Source of the DNA: a virus
Length of the DNA: 64,000 nucleotides
Virus record (IMG/VR): IMGVR_UViG_3300042471_000650
Span: 1-64,000 of that record
Strand: one strand, 5' to 3'
The notes under the pieces were generated by a model. That model was not told where the DNA came from. It saw only the letters and a program-made list of their open reading frames with translations, and searched no databases. The translations under genes were made by a program, and so were the position numbers. Numbering within the stretch: position 1 is the first letter of the stretch; each line of letters opens with the position of its first letter. Below, piece by piece: positions 55,308 through 64,000 of the stretch.

Positions 55308-57808
55308 TAGATAAAAAATGAATCAAGACTTGTTGTTTTCTCTACTTTCCACCCAATTGAATCGAGAATAGATTTAAGGGGGTCAATAAAACTCTTTTCA
55401 AATTGTAAGTCATAGTCAATGTATTTGTCAAGTCCAAGTTCTTTAGGAAAGTCTTGAATAAATGCTATTACATTTTCTTGAATAATATTTGGTTTCTTCA
55501 AAAAAATAAACTTGACTTTTTCTCCATTAGAAATAAGTGAATACTTATTAGTAAGTTTTTTCTCCCTAATATAATGATTGAAAAGAAGTGCTCCACGAAT
55601 ATGAATGGGAGTCTTTTGAGCATAGATTGTTGAAGATGAATGATACTTACGCACATCAGAAGCAGTTCGTGGAAAAGCAATCTGCTCTGGTGGAAGTTTC
55701 TTGAAATCTGAACGACACTTATCAATAAACTCAATTACCTCTTCTTCAGTTCCGCTCATCATCAGTTTCAGACCATCCTTAATCATCTGACGACAAGGTG
55801 CAGGAGTGGAAGATTTAACTGCCTCAATACCCATCATCTTTAGTTTAGGTTCTTCATAACGAACACCTTCACTATCCCAGACATTGAGAATATAACGCTT
55901 CTTCGCAGTCCAGATTCCACGGTCAGCAATATTCTCCCGCTTCATCTGCATCTTCTGGTCATAAGCATTCACATAGTCTGCCAGTTCTTGGTAGCAACTT
56001 TCAATATACTTTTCAAGTTCCACCTTAGCGACCTTATCAAGGAACGAAACAATGCTTTCAGTAGTTTTCTCTCTTCCCTTGAATATAGTTTCAACCAAAG
56101 GACCCATATTAAGATAAATGGAATCGGTATCAGAAGCAATGACATAATCAACATCCTGTGTCTTTAGAACTTTATTCAGATACTTATTAATCTTATCTTC
56201 AATCCAACGAATCGAAACCTGTCCAGAAAGAGTAATTGCTTCAGCATTTGCTAGTTTAAAATAACGGAAATACTGATTGCCGATAGCACCATAAGCAGAG
56301 TTAAGTTGAATCTTCCTTGCCATTTGGATGTTATTGCATCTTGCAATCTCTTTTTCAAGTTCCTTTGTCTTCTTCTTTTCATACTCCTGTTTAGCAGCAA
56401 GCATCTTCTTTTTATAGATGGTGCGGTCTTCATAAATCTTTTCCATCAATTCTGGAAGAAACCCACGCACATCTTTGCGATACATTGCACCGTTAGCACA
56501 AACTGCATAATCCTTATACAGTTCAAAATTAATTTGCTGATTAAGTATTTTATCTACAGTTACAGAAGGATGCCTCTCATCCAAAAGGGTTTCAGGACTA
56601 ATGTTATATTGCATAATCAGGTGAGGATATAGACTATTAAGGTCAAAGTTCACTACCCAATCATACTTTCCAGGAATAGGTTCCTTAACATAAGCACCAG
56701 CATACTTAGAATCTTTATCTGATTTTTCTTTAGGGGGAATTACAATGTTTCTCTGTTTCAAATAATTGTAGATGATTGTATCCCACATTCGAACTTGAGA
56801 GAAAACATCAGAATAGTTTGCTTTAGCGTCATATGCCATCGTCAAAGCAAGTTCAATGAGTTTCATCTTGTCTTCCATACGGTCAACAAGTTCCACGTCA
56901 ATGATGTTGTACTCTACAAACTTTTGCCAACCTTTAGTATAGAAGTCTTTGAAAGTATCAAACTCAGAGTGATCCAGTTTTTTCTGTCCGAGTTCTACAC
57001 TTGCAATATAGTCAAGACGATAAGATTCCTGTGCCTTATAAGTAAACTTTTTATAAAGATTCAAATAATCAAGTTGACTAATACCACCAACATCGTATGA
57101 AATGTGTTTACGACCGGCAACATAAATTTCACTCTCTGTTACGAGTCCCCACGGTGACATACGCTTCATTAGTTTTTCACCAAGAACACGATCCAAACGA
57201 CGAACCAAATATGGAATATCATACAGTTCAGTATTCCAACCAGTTACAACTTCTGGAGTATTCTCTTCTACCATCCACCAGTTAATAAAACCCATCAGCA
57301 GATCACGCTCATTATCAAACGAATGATAAATCACATTCTTTTGTTGATTCTTAAACGGACCCATACCCCAAGTACGAATCTGTTTAGAAGAATAATCCTG
57401 AATAGTAATCAAAAGAACTTCTTCAGCAGCAGACTCCACATCAGGAAATCCATTCTCTGATGCAACCTCAATGTCCAAGGTAGTAACTTTTACTTTACTA
57501 ATATCAAATTTCAGTTCTTCCTCCGGATACATTTCGGAGATATACTGATAAATGTATTGACTATTTCCATAGATCTTAAAGTTTTCTACACCTTCATACT
57601 TTTTAATAAACTCACGACAGTCACGGACAGAACCAGGTTGAACTGATTCAACATATTCCCCATTCAGAGTTTGGTATTTTGTTTTCTTTTTTGAGGGGAC
57701 AAAAAGAGTCGGGTAAAACTTCTCACGGGTCATAAAATGTTTACCATTTTCATAACCACGGACCAAGAAGTGATCCCCGACCATCTGCACGTTTGTATAA
57801 AATCTCAT
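55307..57808 (-). CDS. DNA polymerase family B (gp43)
   Basis: DIE exonuclease motif, DLNSLYP, KIQLNSAYG, DTDS and SLDSFF clamp-binding motif. Confidence 0.98.
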   Translation of the reverse strand: MRFYTNVQMVGDHFLVRGYENGKHFMTREKFYPTLFVPSKKKTKYQTLNGEYVESVQPGSVRDCREFIKKYEGVENFKIYGNSQYIYQYISEMYPEEELKFDISKVKVTTLDIEVASENGFPDVESAAEEVLLITIQDYSSKQIRTWGMGPFKNQQKNVIYHSFDNERDLLMGFINWWMVEENTPEVVTGWNTELYDIPYLVRRLDRVLGEKLMKRMSPWGLVTESEIYVAGRKHISYDVGGISQLDYLNLYKKFTYKAQESYRLDYIASVELGQKKLDHSEFDTFKDFYTKGWQKFVEYNIIDVELVDRMEDKMKLIELALTMAYDAKANYSDVFSQVRMWDTIIYNYLKQRNIVIPPKEKSDKDSKYAGAYVKEPIPGKYDWVVNFDLNSLYPHLIMQYNISPETLLDERHPSVTVDKILNQQINFELYKDYAVCANGAMYRKDVRGFLPELMEKIYEDRTIYKKKMLAAKQEYEKKKTKELEKEIARCNNIQMARKIQLNSAYGAIGNQYFRYFKLANAEAITLSGQVSIRWIEDKINKYLNKVLKTQDVDYVIASDTDSIYLNMGPLVETIFKGREKTTESIVSFLDKVAKVELEKYIESCYQELADYVNAYDQKMQMKRENIADRGIWTAKKRYILNVWDSEGVRYEEPKLKMMGIEAVKSSTPAPCRQMIKDGLKLMMSGTEEEVIEFIDKCRSDFKKLPPEQIAFPRTASDVRKYHSSSTIYAQKTPIHIRGALLFNHYIREKKLTNKYSLISNGEKVKFIFLKKPNIIQENVIAFIQDFPKELGLDKYIDYDLQFEKSFIDPLKSILDSIGWKVEKTTSLDSFFI

Positions 57809-58062
57809 CAGGCAGTTAATTCAAGATACTTTTCAACAATTTCTTCTTTTGGATCAACAATAGTAAGAATACTATCAGAATGAATCATCATTTCTCTTTG
57901 GTCAGTTACATCTGGCCAAGGAGTAAGATTTCCTTCTACATCAATACGATATGGATTAATGAGTTTACAATCTGGTTCTCCTAATTCAGATCCAACCTCA
58001 ATAATTTCAGTAACAATCACATTATCAACTTTTAACAAAAGACACTTAACTGTTTTTTCCAT
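57808..58062 (-). CDS. Small conserved hypothetical protein
   Basis: GEPDCKLINPY; resembles its upstream neighbour. Confidence 0.7.
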   Translation of the reverse strand: MEKTVKCLLLKVDNVIVTEIIEVGSELGEPDCKLINPYRIDVEGNLTPWPDVTDQREMMIHSDSILTIVDPKEEIVEKYLELTA

Positions 58063-58354
58063 TTACTCTTTCCTCATAAAGTTCTTTAACTGAATTAAGC
58101 GGTTCAACAATAGTCACAACCCAATCTAACGGAACTAAAATCTGATCATCCTGCGTAAGAAGTATCCAAGCAGACAAAGATACTTGAATTTTTGCATCAT
58201 AATCTACATCTTCGGTTAAAAGAATAGACCTTTCTGTAAGGACCTTATAAGGTTTATTGAAAATGTATCCACAAGGTTTTTCTTCAGAAACAATTTCTTT
58301 AATATCAGAAATAACGGTTTCGCCAGATTTTAATAGTGCTAATTTAATTGACAT
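58046..58354 (-). CDS. Small conserved hypothetical protein
   Basis: IKLALLKSGETVISD. Confidence 0.7.
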   Translation of the reverse strand: MSIKLALLKSGETVISDIKEIVSEEKPCGYIFNKPYKVLTERSILLTEDVDYDAKIQVSLSAWILLTQDDQILVPLDWVVTIVEPLNSVKELYEERVNGKNS

Positions 58355-58448
58355 TTTTATTTTCTCCCTCAACTCATTATACCCAAAAAAATGGGAGGTG
58401 TCAACTGGATTGTGCCAGTTACCTCCCTGCGGCGACGATACTTAATAT

Positions 58449-58889
58449 TTAGATATAGTCTTTACGGGCGTGATGCTCTGGCACTACTTTTCCAAGTACG
58501 ATTCGTAGAAGTCCGTCTTCAAATGTGACTTCTCGTACTTCTGTGTCGTCGGATAAAGTCCACGCTCGTTTAAAACTTCTGCTAGCCACTCCCTTGTGGA
58601 TAAACGTCCTATCCGATTCGGAATCTGCTTTTTGCCCTTCGACAAAAAGTTTTCCATACTCTGTGAAAACATTGACCTCTCCTTTCTTGAATCCTGCTAA
58701 TGCGAGTTCCAAATGAGATTCAACATTATTTATTTGGACTAGGTTATAAGGAGGGTAGTTGGTTGTAGTTTCGTGAAGATTAAATAAACGATCAAAATAT
58801 TCATCCATCCCAATGCTATTGCGCGTAATTCTTTCCATCAAGGCAGGAAGATCCGCAGCAGTAAACCGTGATGTTGCAAGGTTAGTCAT
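58449..58889 (-). CDS. hsp20: Small heat-shock protein
   Basis: NYPPYN, ALAGF and FEDGLLRI motifs. Confidence 0.93.
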   Translation of the reverse strand: MTNLATSRFTAADLPALMERITRNSIGMDEYFDRLFNLHETTTNYPPYNLVQINNVESHLELALAGFKKGEVNVFTEYGKLFVEGQKADSESDRTFIHKGVASRSFKRAWTLSDDTEVREVTFEDGLLRIVLGKVVPEHHARKDYI

Positions 58890-58996
58890 TATGGTAGCTC
58901 CTTAAAAAGCGAGTTTGTGTTTTGTGGACCCTTTCGGCATCCGTATATAATTATACTACTTCTTACAAAAAAGGCGGGTGTAAAACCCGCTCTTTT

Positions 58997-59437
58997 TCAT
59001 TCGGCATCCTCTACCTTTTTCTTTTTAGCACCAATATTATATTTGGTTTCCAGAATCCAGTCTCCCTTATCCTTATAAGCAAGGACTTTAATTTGATTCA
59101 AAGGAGCAATGTCTTGAATCTTACTTACATCTACAATAGTAATTAGACCCCAATCTGCAAGAAGTTGGGCAATACGATTGCGACGTTGAACATCGTTTAC
59201 GGTCAGGTTTGCGTGTTTGCCATCCAGAGCAAACAATTCCTTAAAGTGAACGAGATAATACCTACCTTGCTTGTGCAGAATATGGCAAGACTGATAGATT
59301 TTCTTTTCTTTTCTTGAAGCAACTCCGATACGGGTCAAAGTCTCACGAACCTTAAGAAAATCATCGGGTTCATTAAGAATCACTTCCACCATTTGGTCGG
59401 GCGTCCACTTCACTTCAGGTTCTTGAACGACACTCAT
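58997..59437 (-). CDS. regA: Translational repressor
   Basis: FLKVRETLTRIGVA..CHILHKQG.YYLVHFKE. Confidence 0.96.
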   Translation of the reverse strand: MSVVQEPEVKWTPDQMVEVILNEPDDFLKVRETLTRIGVASRKEKKIYQSCHILHKQGRYYLVHFKELFALDGKHANLTVNDVQRRNRIAQLLADWGLITIVDVSKIQDIAPLNQIKVLAYKDKGDWILETKYNIGAKKKKVEDAE

Positions 59438-59814
59438 TTTGTTCCTCCAGTTTCAAATTTCGATTTAATAAATGTTAGTTGTTCTTTGGTAAGAATCCTC
59501 AAAGCTTGTTTTGCCTTTTCATTACTATAACCATAATAACGTTTGACATACTCAAGGTCTTTGATTTTATCTTGTCGGAGCCAGGGAGAAAATCTCTTCT
59601 TTTTCCTCAGACTATTTATAAAAAAGTCATATTGCATCTTCTTTGGGAGGAAATGAAAGCGATTCATTTCATTCGCAAACATAATGCAGTCAATGTGCCC
59701 AGAAAAGCAGCGATTGATAATATAAGGTGCATATTCCTTCTCAAGTGAAGGGTCTTCGTCAATCAGGTGTTGCTTCGTTTGATTGATCGAGTTTAACCAG
59801 TCCTTCAATTCCAT
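59434..59814 (-). CDS. Clamp loader small subunit (gp62)
   Basis: DWLNSINQTK, YIINR and RKKKRFSPW motifs. Confidence 0.92.
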   Translation of the reverse strand: MELKDWLNSINQTKQHLIDEDPSLEKEYAPYIINRCFSGHIDCIMFANEMNRFHFLPKKMQYDFFINSLRKKKRFSPWLRQDKIKDLEYVKRYYGYSNEKAKQALRILTKEQLTFIKSKFETGGTK

Positions 59815-60631
59815 AATTAAAAAGCAATAGTTCTTTTCTTTGTTTTTGCTCACGCATATATTCACCAACAGAACGCATCGTATAAGTCAAATCAAACTCT
59901 GCAGCGTTCCAGTTCTTAAACCTATCTTTCACAAGTTGGTCAGAATTATAACTAATCAACTGATCCATATTGTTAGTGTCGCAATCAGCAACAAACTTAT
60001 CGTGATCGAATCCTTTATGCATTGATCCCTTTCTCCCATAGAGATTATCCTTAATATCATAAGGAGGATCGAGATACATAAAAGCACCTTTGTTTCCATC
60101 CATCAGATAATCGTAGGAGTAATTAGTTATGTGCCAGTGAGCAATTAACTTGGAATACTCGGGCAATTTATAGATTCCTCGCAGGGAGAAATTGGAGTTA
60201 CTTGCTTGCTCTGAAAAAGATGAACTTTCGGTAAGACCACTAAAAGAACATTTATTAACAATATAGAAAGCGACAGCACGATTAAAGTTCGATTCAGACT
60301 CATCATTAATATGCTCCTTTGACTTAGTAAATAACTCTCTTGCTAATTCTGGGGTATTATATGCTGTTTTTAAATCCACCAATTCACTTTTTAAATCATA
60401 TCCAAACATCTGGAGTTGCTGCCAGAAGTTTACAAGAGGTTCGTAAAGATCATTGACCCATATATCTAGGTTGGGATATTTTTTAGTAATGTAAATCGCA
60501 ACGCTTCCACCACCAAGAAATGGTTCACGAAACTCATCATAGTTGCGAAGATCTGGAAAGTAAGGCCCCATCTTTTCACAAGCACGGGACTTACCTCCGG
60601 GATATCGCAATGGCGTCTTAAGAGACTTCAT
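59759..60631 (-). CDS. dam: DNA adenine methyltransferase (Dam/D12 class)
   Basis: LRYPGGKS, EPFLGGGS and DPPY motifs. Confidence 0.9.
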   Translation of the reverse strand: MKSLKTPLRYPGGKSRACEKMGPYFPDLRNYDEFREPFLGGGSVAIYITKKYPNLDIWVNDLYEPLVNFWQQLQMFGYDLKSELVDLKTAYNTPELARELFTKSKEHINDESESNFNRAVAFYIVNKCSFSGLTESSSFSEQASNSNFSLRGIYKLPEYSKLIAHWHITNYSYDYLMDGNKGAFMYLDPPYDIKDNLYGRKGSMHKGFDHDKFVADCDTNNMDQLISYNSDQLVKDRFKNWNAAEFDLTYTMRSVGEYMREQKQRKELLLFNYGIEGLVKLDQSNEATPD

Positions 60632-60827
60632 AATCTTTAGGATGATACTTCAAATATTCTCTAAAAGTCAATTTCATTTCTTTCTGCGTCATTCCACAAT
60701 GCTTTGCTGCAGCAGGAAGCGTCATTTTAGCACGAAAGAGACCTTCATTTGCCTCTTTCACATTTTCAGGAGTTGTTTTAACTGGATACTCGTATAGATT
60801 TTTGTAACTTATTTTATATGGATTCAT
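60618..60827 (-). CDS. Small hypothetical protein
   Basis: Coupled to gp44; HTH-like LPAAAKHCGMT. Confidence 0.6.
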   Translation of the reverse strand: MNPYKISYKNLYEYPVKTTPENVKEANEGLFRAKMTLPAAAKHCGMTQKEMKLTFREYLKYHPKDYEVS

Positions 60828-61768
60828 TTAAACTCACACTCCACCATTAGTTCAGTAAGAGCAGCAAGAAGATTTATCTCCTGGTCAGCAACGAACGCAC
60901 ATTGGTATTGATACTTAGCAATAACAAGAACGGCAGCAGGAATAGTTGCGAGTGAAAGGCAATCATAACAGGCGTCATAAACCCTGCGAAGAAGGTGAGA
61001 AGCATCGTTGTCCAAGTTGGCGACCACCCACTTACGGACTTCTGTGAAATTCTTTTCTTTGAGCGATTTAACCAACTCATTTACAGAGATGTCCGAGAAA
61101 GATGCAAGAATTCCAGAGTCAATTTGTCCGCCCACCGAATACCTTTGACATTCGTTGAGAACTCGTCTCCAGTCTGGGAAGTGCTTGTTGATAAGTTCCG
61201 CAAGGACTTTTTGATCATATCGGACGCCTTCCGCATCCAAGATGTTTTGTAGACGCTTGAAAAAGGATCCTGCCAGTGCCGCTTTTTCTTTACCTTTAAT
61301 CCCAAAGTCGATGACAGCACATCGAGAGTGGAGAGGTTCAAGGATTTTGTTTTTGTAGTTGCAGGTGAATACGAATCGGCAATTGCCAGCAAACTCCTCA
61401 ATAAACGCCCGTAGGAGGAGTTGTACGTCGTTTCCTGTGTTATCTGCTTCATCAATAATGACGACTTTGTGTTTAGCAGTTGACGAAAGCGATACGGTCG
61501 AAGCGAAGTTCTTCGCATTGTTTCGGACAGTATCAAGGAATCTACCCTCGTCGGATCCATTGATGACATAAAAATCTACCCCCAACTCATTGCATAGTGC
61601 TTTTGCCACTGTGGTCTTACCAATACCAGGAGGACCTGCAAGAAGCATATTTGGAATTTCACCCTTATTTAGAAACTCCTGAAACATACTTTTGGTAGAC
61701 TCTGGAAGAATACACTCTCCAATAGTTTTAGGGCGATATTTCTCAACCCAAATAAAATCACTGTTCAT
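60824..61768 (-). CDS. Clamp loader large subunit (gp44)
   Basis: WVEKYRP, GPPGIGKT, DEAD and SRC motifs. Confidence 0.96.
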   Translation of the reverse strand: MNSDFIWVEKYRPKTIGECILPESTKSMFQEFLNKGEIPNMLLAGPPGIGKTTVAKALCNELGVDFYVINGSDEGRFLDTVRNNAKNFASTVSLSSTAKHKVVIIDEADNTGNDVQLLLRAFIEEFAGNCRFVFTCNYKNKILEPLHSRCAVIDFGIKGKEKAALAGSFFKRLQNILDAEGVRYDQKVLAELINKHFPDWRRVLNECQRYSVGGQIDSGILASFSDISVNELVKSLKEKNFTEVRKWVVANLDNDASHLLRRVYDACYDCLSLATIPAAVLVIAKYQYQCAFVADQEINLLAALTELMVECEFK

Positions 61769-61898
61769 AATTAAGTCCAATCAGTTTTTTCAAACAACAA
61801 TCTGGGACAACTTCCCACCATTCATTCCCATCAAAAATATACACTGTGTATGTATCTTTGTCAAGAAAAAAATCACCTTTTTTGTATTTTATATCCAT
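61758..61898 (-). CDS. Small hypothetical protein (46 aa)
   Basis: MDIKYKKGDFFLDKDTYTVYIFDGNEWWEVV... Confidence 0.45.
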   Translation of the reverse strand: MDIKYKKGDFFLDKDTYTVYIFDGNEWWEVVPDCCLKKLIGLNYEQ

Positions 61899-62398
61899 TC
61901 AGGTTTACGTTCTGGCATACGAAGATAATTAGATGCAACCCAAGGTTTGGATGCGATATACATCTTGTAAGCAGTAAAAGTATCAATGCTTGTGTCAAGT
62001 TTATACTCATCTGGCATTGCCCTTGCAAATGGTGTTACTTTATTGAGTTTACCTTTAGGAAACAAATAGTATGCTTCAATTAAAGTATTCTGGCACGAAT
62101 GAATTTTATTATATCTCAACGTGTATTCATCACAAAGATTTAGTCCCCACTTAATCAACCAATAAGCATTATCAACTGTTTTTGCTGCCCATTGAGTGCA
62201 AGGATGATTCCTAAATGCACCCTTTTCTGTGGCATAAGCATTGCCGTCTTTCTTATGAATTGGTCCGTAATTATGATACCACTTTGATGCTACAATTGAT
62301 AACATTTGACAACATTCAAGAGGCATTTTGGTTATATGTTTGTCAGGAAGACAAATTGCCGACTCGGCAGGAAATTGATTAGTGACGAAGATATTCAT
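61889..62398 (-). CDS. Pyrimidine-dimer DNA glycosylase-like protein (DenV family)
   Basis: MNIF...DKHITKMPLECCQMLS, NHPCTQW and AMPDEYK motifs. Confidence 0.75.
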   Translation of the reverse strand: MNIFVTNQFPAESAICLPDKHITKMPLECCQMLSIVASKWYHNYGPIHKKDGNAYATEKGAFRNHPCTQWAAKTVDNAYWLIKWGLNLCDEYTLRYNKIHSCQNTLIEAYYLFPKGKLNKVTPFARAMPDEYKLDTSIDTFTAYKMYIASKPWVASNYLRMPERKPEWI

Positions 62399-62808
62399 CA
62401 GAAGCAATACTTGTTTACGTAGTATAGCACTCTCTCTGGTTTATCTTCCAGATAGTATGCTTCAGTTTCATAAACTGGATAAGAATTTTTACTTACCTTA
62501 ACAGAGCGAACGACATCATTAAGTTTATACTTATCTAATGTTGCGTCAGCAATTTTAAGAGATCCTTTCTTACACGCTTGAGCAACATGAACTGCTTCGT
62601 GATAAACAGTTTCGTTTACATAGTGATTTACAGGACTGATAGTATTCTTGATGTTATTCGTACAAATTACAAATCGAGAACCATCTATTCCTCCAAAAAT
62701 TTCCCTGTTCCTACAATATGCAGAGTTTTCTACAACTCTGTAATTTTTCATCATAATTTTACTCACCAGTTCTTGACCGATGGGCGTCAAATAAAGTAGA
62801 AATTCCAT
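62398..62808 (-). CDS. HExxH metallopeptidase-like protein
   Basis: HEAVHVAQAC...ETEAY. Confidence 0.65.
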   Translation of the reverse strand: MEFLLYLTPIGQELVSKIMMKNYRVVENSAYCRNREIFGGIDGSRFVICTNNIKNTISPVNHYVNETVYHEAVHVAQACKKGSLKIADATLDKYKLNDVVRSVKVSKNSYPVYETEAYYLEDKPERVLYYVNKYCF

Positions 62809-63494
62809 TATGCAAAAGTTGAATCAGGTTCCAGAGCAATATAATAGCAGAGATTGTATTTGGGATTCGTGAACTGTGACAGAAGTTTTTGTGATACAAC
62901 TACGTCATAGGCACCAGGAATAATCTTAATGTTTTCAACCTTGAAGTTGAAAGTAAATTCCTTATCAGTCTCACCAACTACAATAGAATATTCGTTAGAA
63001 GTATCATTCTTCTTATCACGAACCACCAGACGAATTACACCTGCATCACCAACTGCCGATAGGTCAGGAAGTTGATAAACTGCTGCTGCCTTCAGAAGTT
63101 TTTCCAGGGTTACACTCTCAAGTTGGAAACAAACATCTTTGGAAGGAAGTTGAATTTCTTTTTCTGGAGGAGAAATGATAACATTCGGGTCGGCAAAGAA
63201 ATACTTCACACGACGCTTACCTTCACGAATAGTAATGTGCGAATCTTCGGCAAAATCAAGGTCTGGGTCCTGATGAAGACTCAAACCATTCAGAAACTGG
63301 TTGAGGTCATAAATTGCAAAGTCACGGGGAAACTCTTCAGTAATATCCGCTTCAGCAAGAATATTCTTTGCAACGGAAATCGTGCGAAGACGATTACCCT
63401 GCTTTACAAGGATGGAGTTGTTAATGCCAGCAAAGTTTTTGAGAAGGGCAAGAGTGTTGTCAGAAAGTTTCATAGTTTGGGGTTTGAGTTTCAC
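62808..63494 (-). CDS. Sliding clamp (gp45)
   Basis: MKLS..TL.LLKNFAGIN.SI, FAIYDLNQFL and IALEPDS motifs. Confidence 0.96.
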   Translation of the reverse strand: MKLKPQTMKLSDNTLALLKNFAGINNSILVKQGNRLRTISVAKNILAEADITEEFPRDFAIYDLNQFLNGLSLHQDPDLDFAEDSHITIREGKRRVKYFFADPNVIISPPEKEIQLPSKDVCFQLESVTLEKLLKAAAVYQLPDLSAVGDAGVIRLVVRDKKNDTSNEYSIVVGETDKEFTFNFKVENIKIIPGAYDVVVSQKLLSQFTNPKYNLCYYIALEPDSTFA

Positions 63495-63868
63495 TTGTTT
63501 TCAACTAGATTGAGATGATTAATCAAAAGAATAGTATAGTGCAATACTTTAAACAAGTCAGCACGAGGAGTTCCTTTTGTGTCATAACGATCAATATACT
63601 TGGTCACATTACCTGCACAAAATCCCTCACGACGATTGTGTTTAATCTTATCAAGAGTTTGTTCAGTTCCACCACCAGTCCTATCAACATAATGCTGACT
63701 ATAAGTTCCAGAAATATATTCTTCAAGTTGCTTGAGAATTTTGTCTTCGTTATATTTCCAAAAATGATTTGAGTTGTCGTTCATAATAGATTCTTTGTCA
63801 ATTGAAATTTTACCGTCACTATTCAAATACATAGTGAATTCATTCATTGGATAAGGATGCTCGTCCAT
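63491..63868 (-). CDS. Conserved hypothetical protein (DUF3310-like)
   Basis: TYSQHY...FCAGNVTKY..RY..KG....DLFK.LHY. Confidence 0.7.
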   Translation of the reverse strand: MDEHPYPMNEFTMYLNSDGKISIDKESIMNDNSNHFWKYNEDKILKQLEEYISGTYSQHYVDRTGGGTEQTLDKIKHNRREGFCAGNVTKYIDRYDTKGTPRADLFKVLHYTILLINHLNLVENK

Positions 63869-63909
63869 AATAAAGGGGGGAGGTCATAGTTTTACCTCCC
63901 CCAATTATA

Positions 63910-64000
63910 TCAGAAAGGAGCGGGTTGGTCAACGTATTCTACAGTCAGTTCAGGACCAGTAGAAGGCATTTGGAAGTCAGCATCAACTTTATCATAGAGT
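63910..64000 (-). CDS. C-terminal end of a probable CobS-like AAA ATPase (partial)
   Basis: LYDKVDADFQMP... and the usual position upstream of gp45; only about 30 codons are visible. Confidence 0.5.
   Translation of the reverse strand, partial: LYDKVDADFQMPSTGPELTVEYVDQPAPF

Noticed and set aside
41026-57808. Inteins or introns in nrdA, nrdB, primase, helicase or polymerase
   Set aside because: Lengths are normal and motifs continuous.
59759-59814. dam/gp62 overlap as a programmed frameshift
   Set aside because: It is a simple 56-nt overlap; both genes have their own start and complete motifs.

Overview
A 64 kb segment of a T4-like cyanomyovirus genome, AT-rich and almost entirely coded on the minus strand. 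The gene content (psbA, hli, pstS, Som-type porin) points to a Synechococcus/Cyanobium-type host; the habitat cannot be determined. From left to right: (1) repeat-rich tail-fibre/virion genes. (2) psbA split by a 226-nt group I intron and followed by a free-standing EndoVII-family endonuclease. (3) A peroxiredoxin and two hli genes. (4) A ~13 kb glycan island with gmd/fcl, four fucosyltransferase-like genes and an isomerase + nucleotidyltransferase-kinase + phosphatase cassette, headed by a wcaG-like RNA. (5) Small hypothetical genes, a stand-alone fibre cassette, dps, pstS and the porin. (6) Nine tRNAs (eight at 27-36 kb, one at 51.7 kb) with structured spacers, including an H-type pseudoknot. 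(7) Cell-wall hydrolases, nrdAB, primase and candidate capsid-internal proteins. (8) The T4 replication core (gp41, uvsX, gp43, regA, gp62, gp44, gp45) with mazG, hsp20, dam and a denV-like gene. The best novelty candidates are the putative NDP-D-arabinose/fucose glycosylation system, the recoded psbA 3' tract carrying F211A plus intron and endonuclease, the tRNA-linked structured RNAs, and proteins with T4 capsid-targeting-like leaders. All calls come from reading the sequence; no searches were run.
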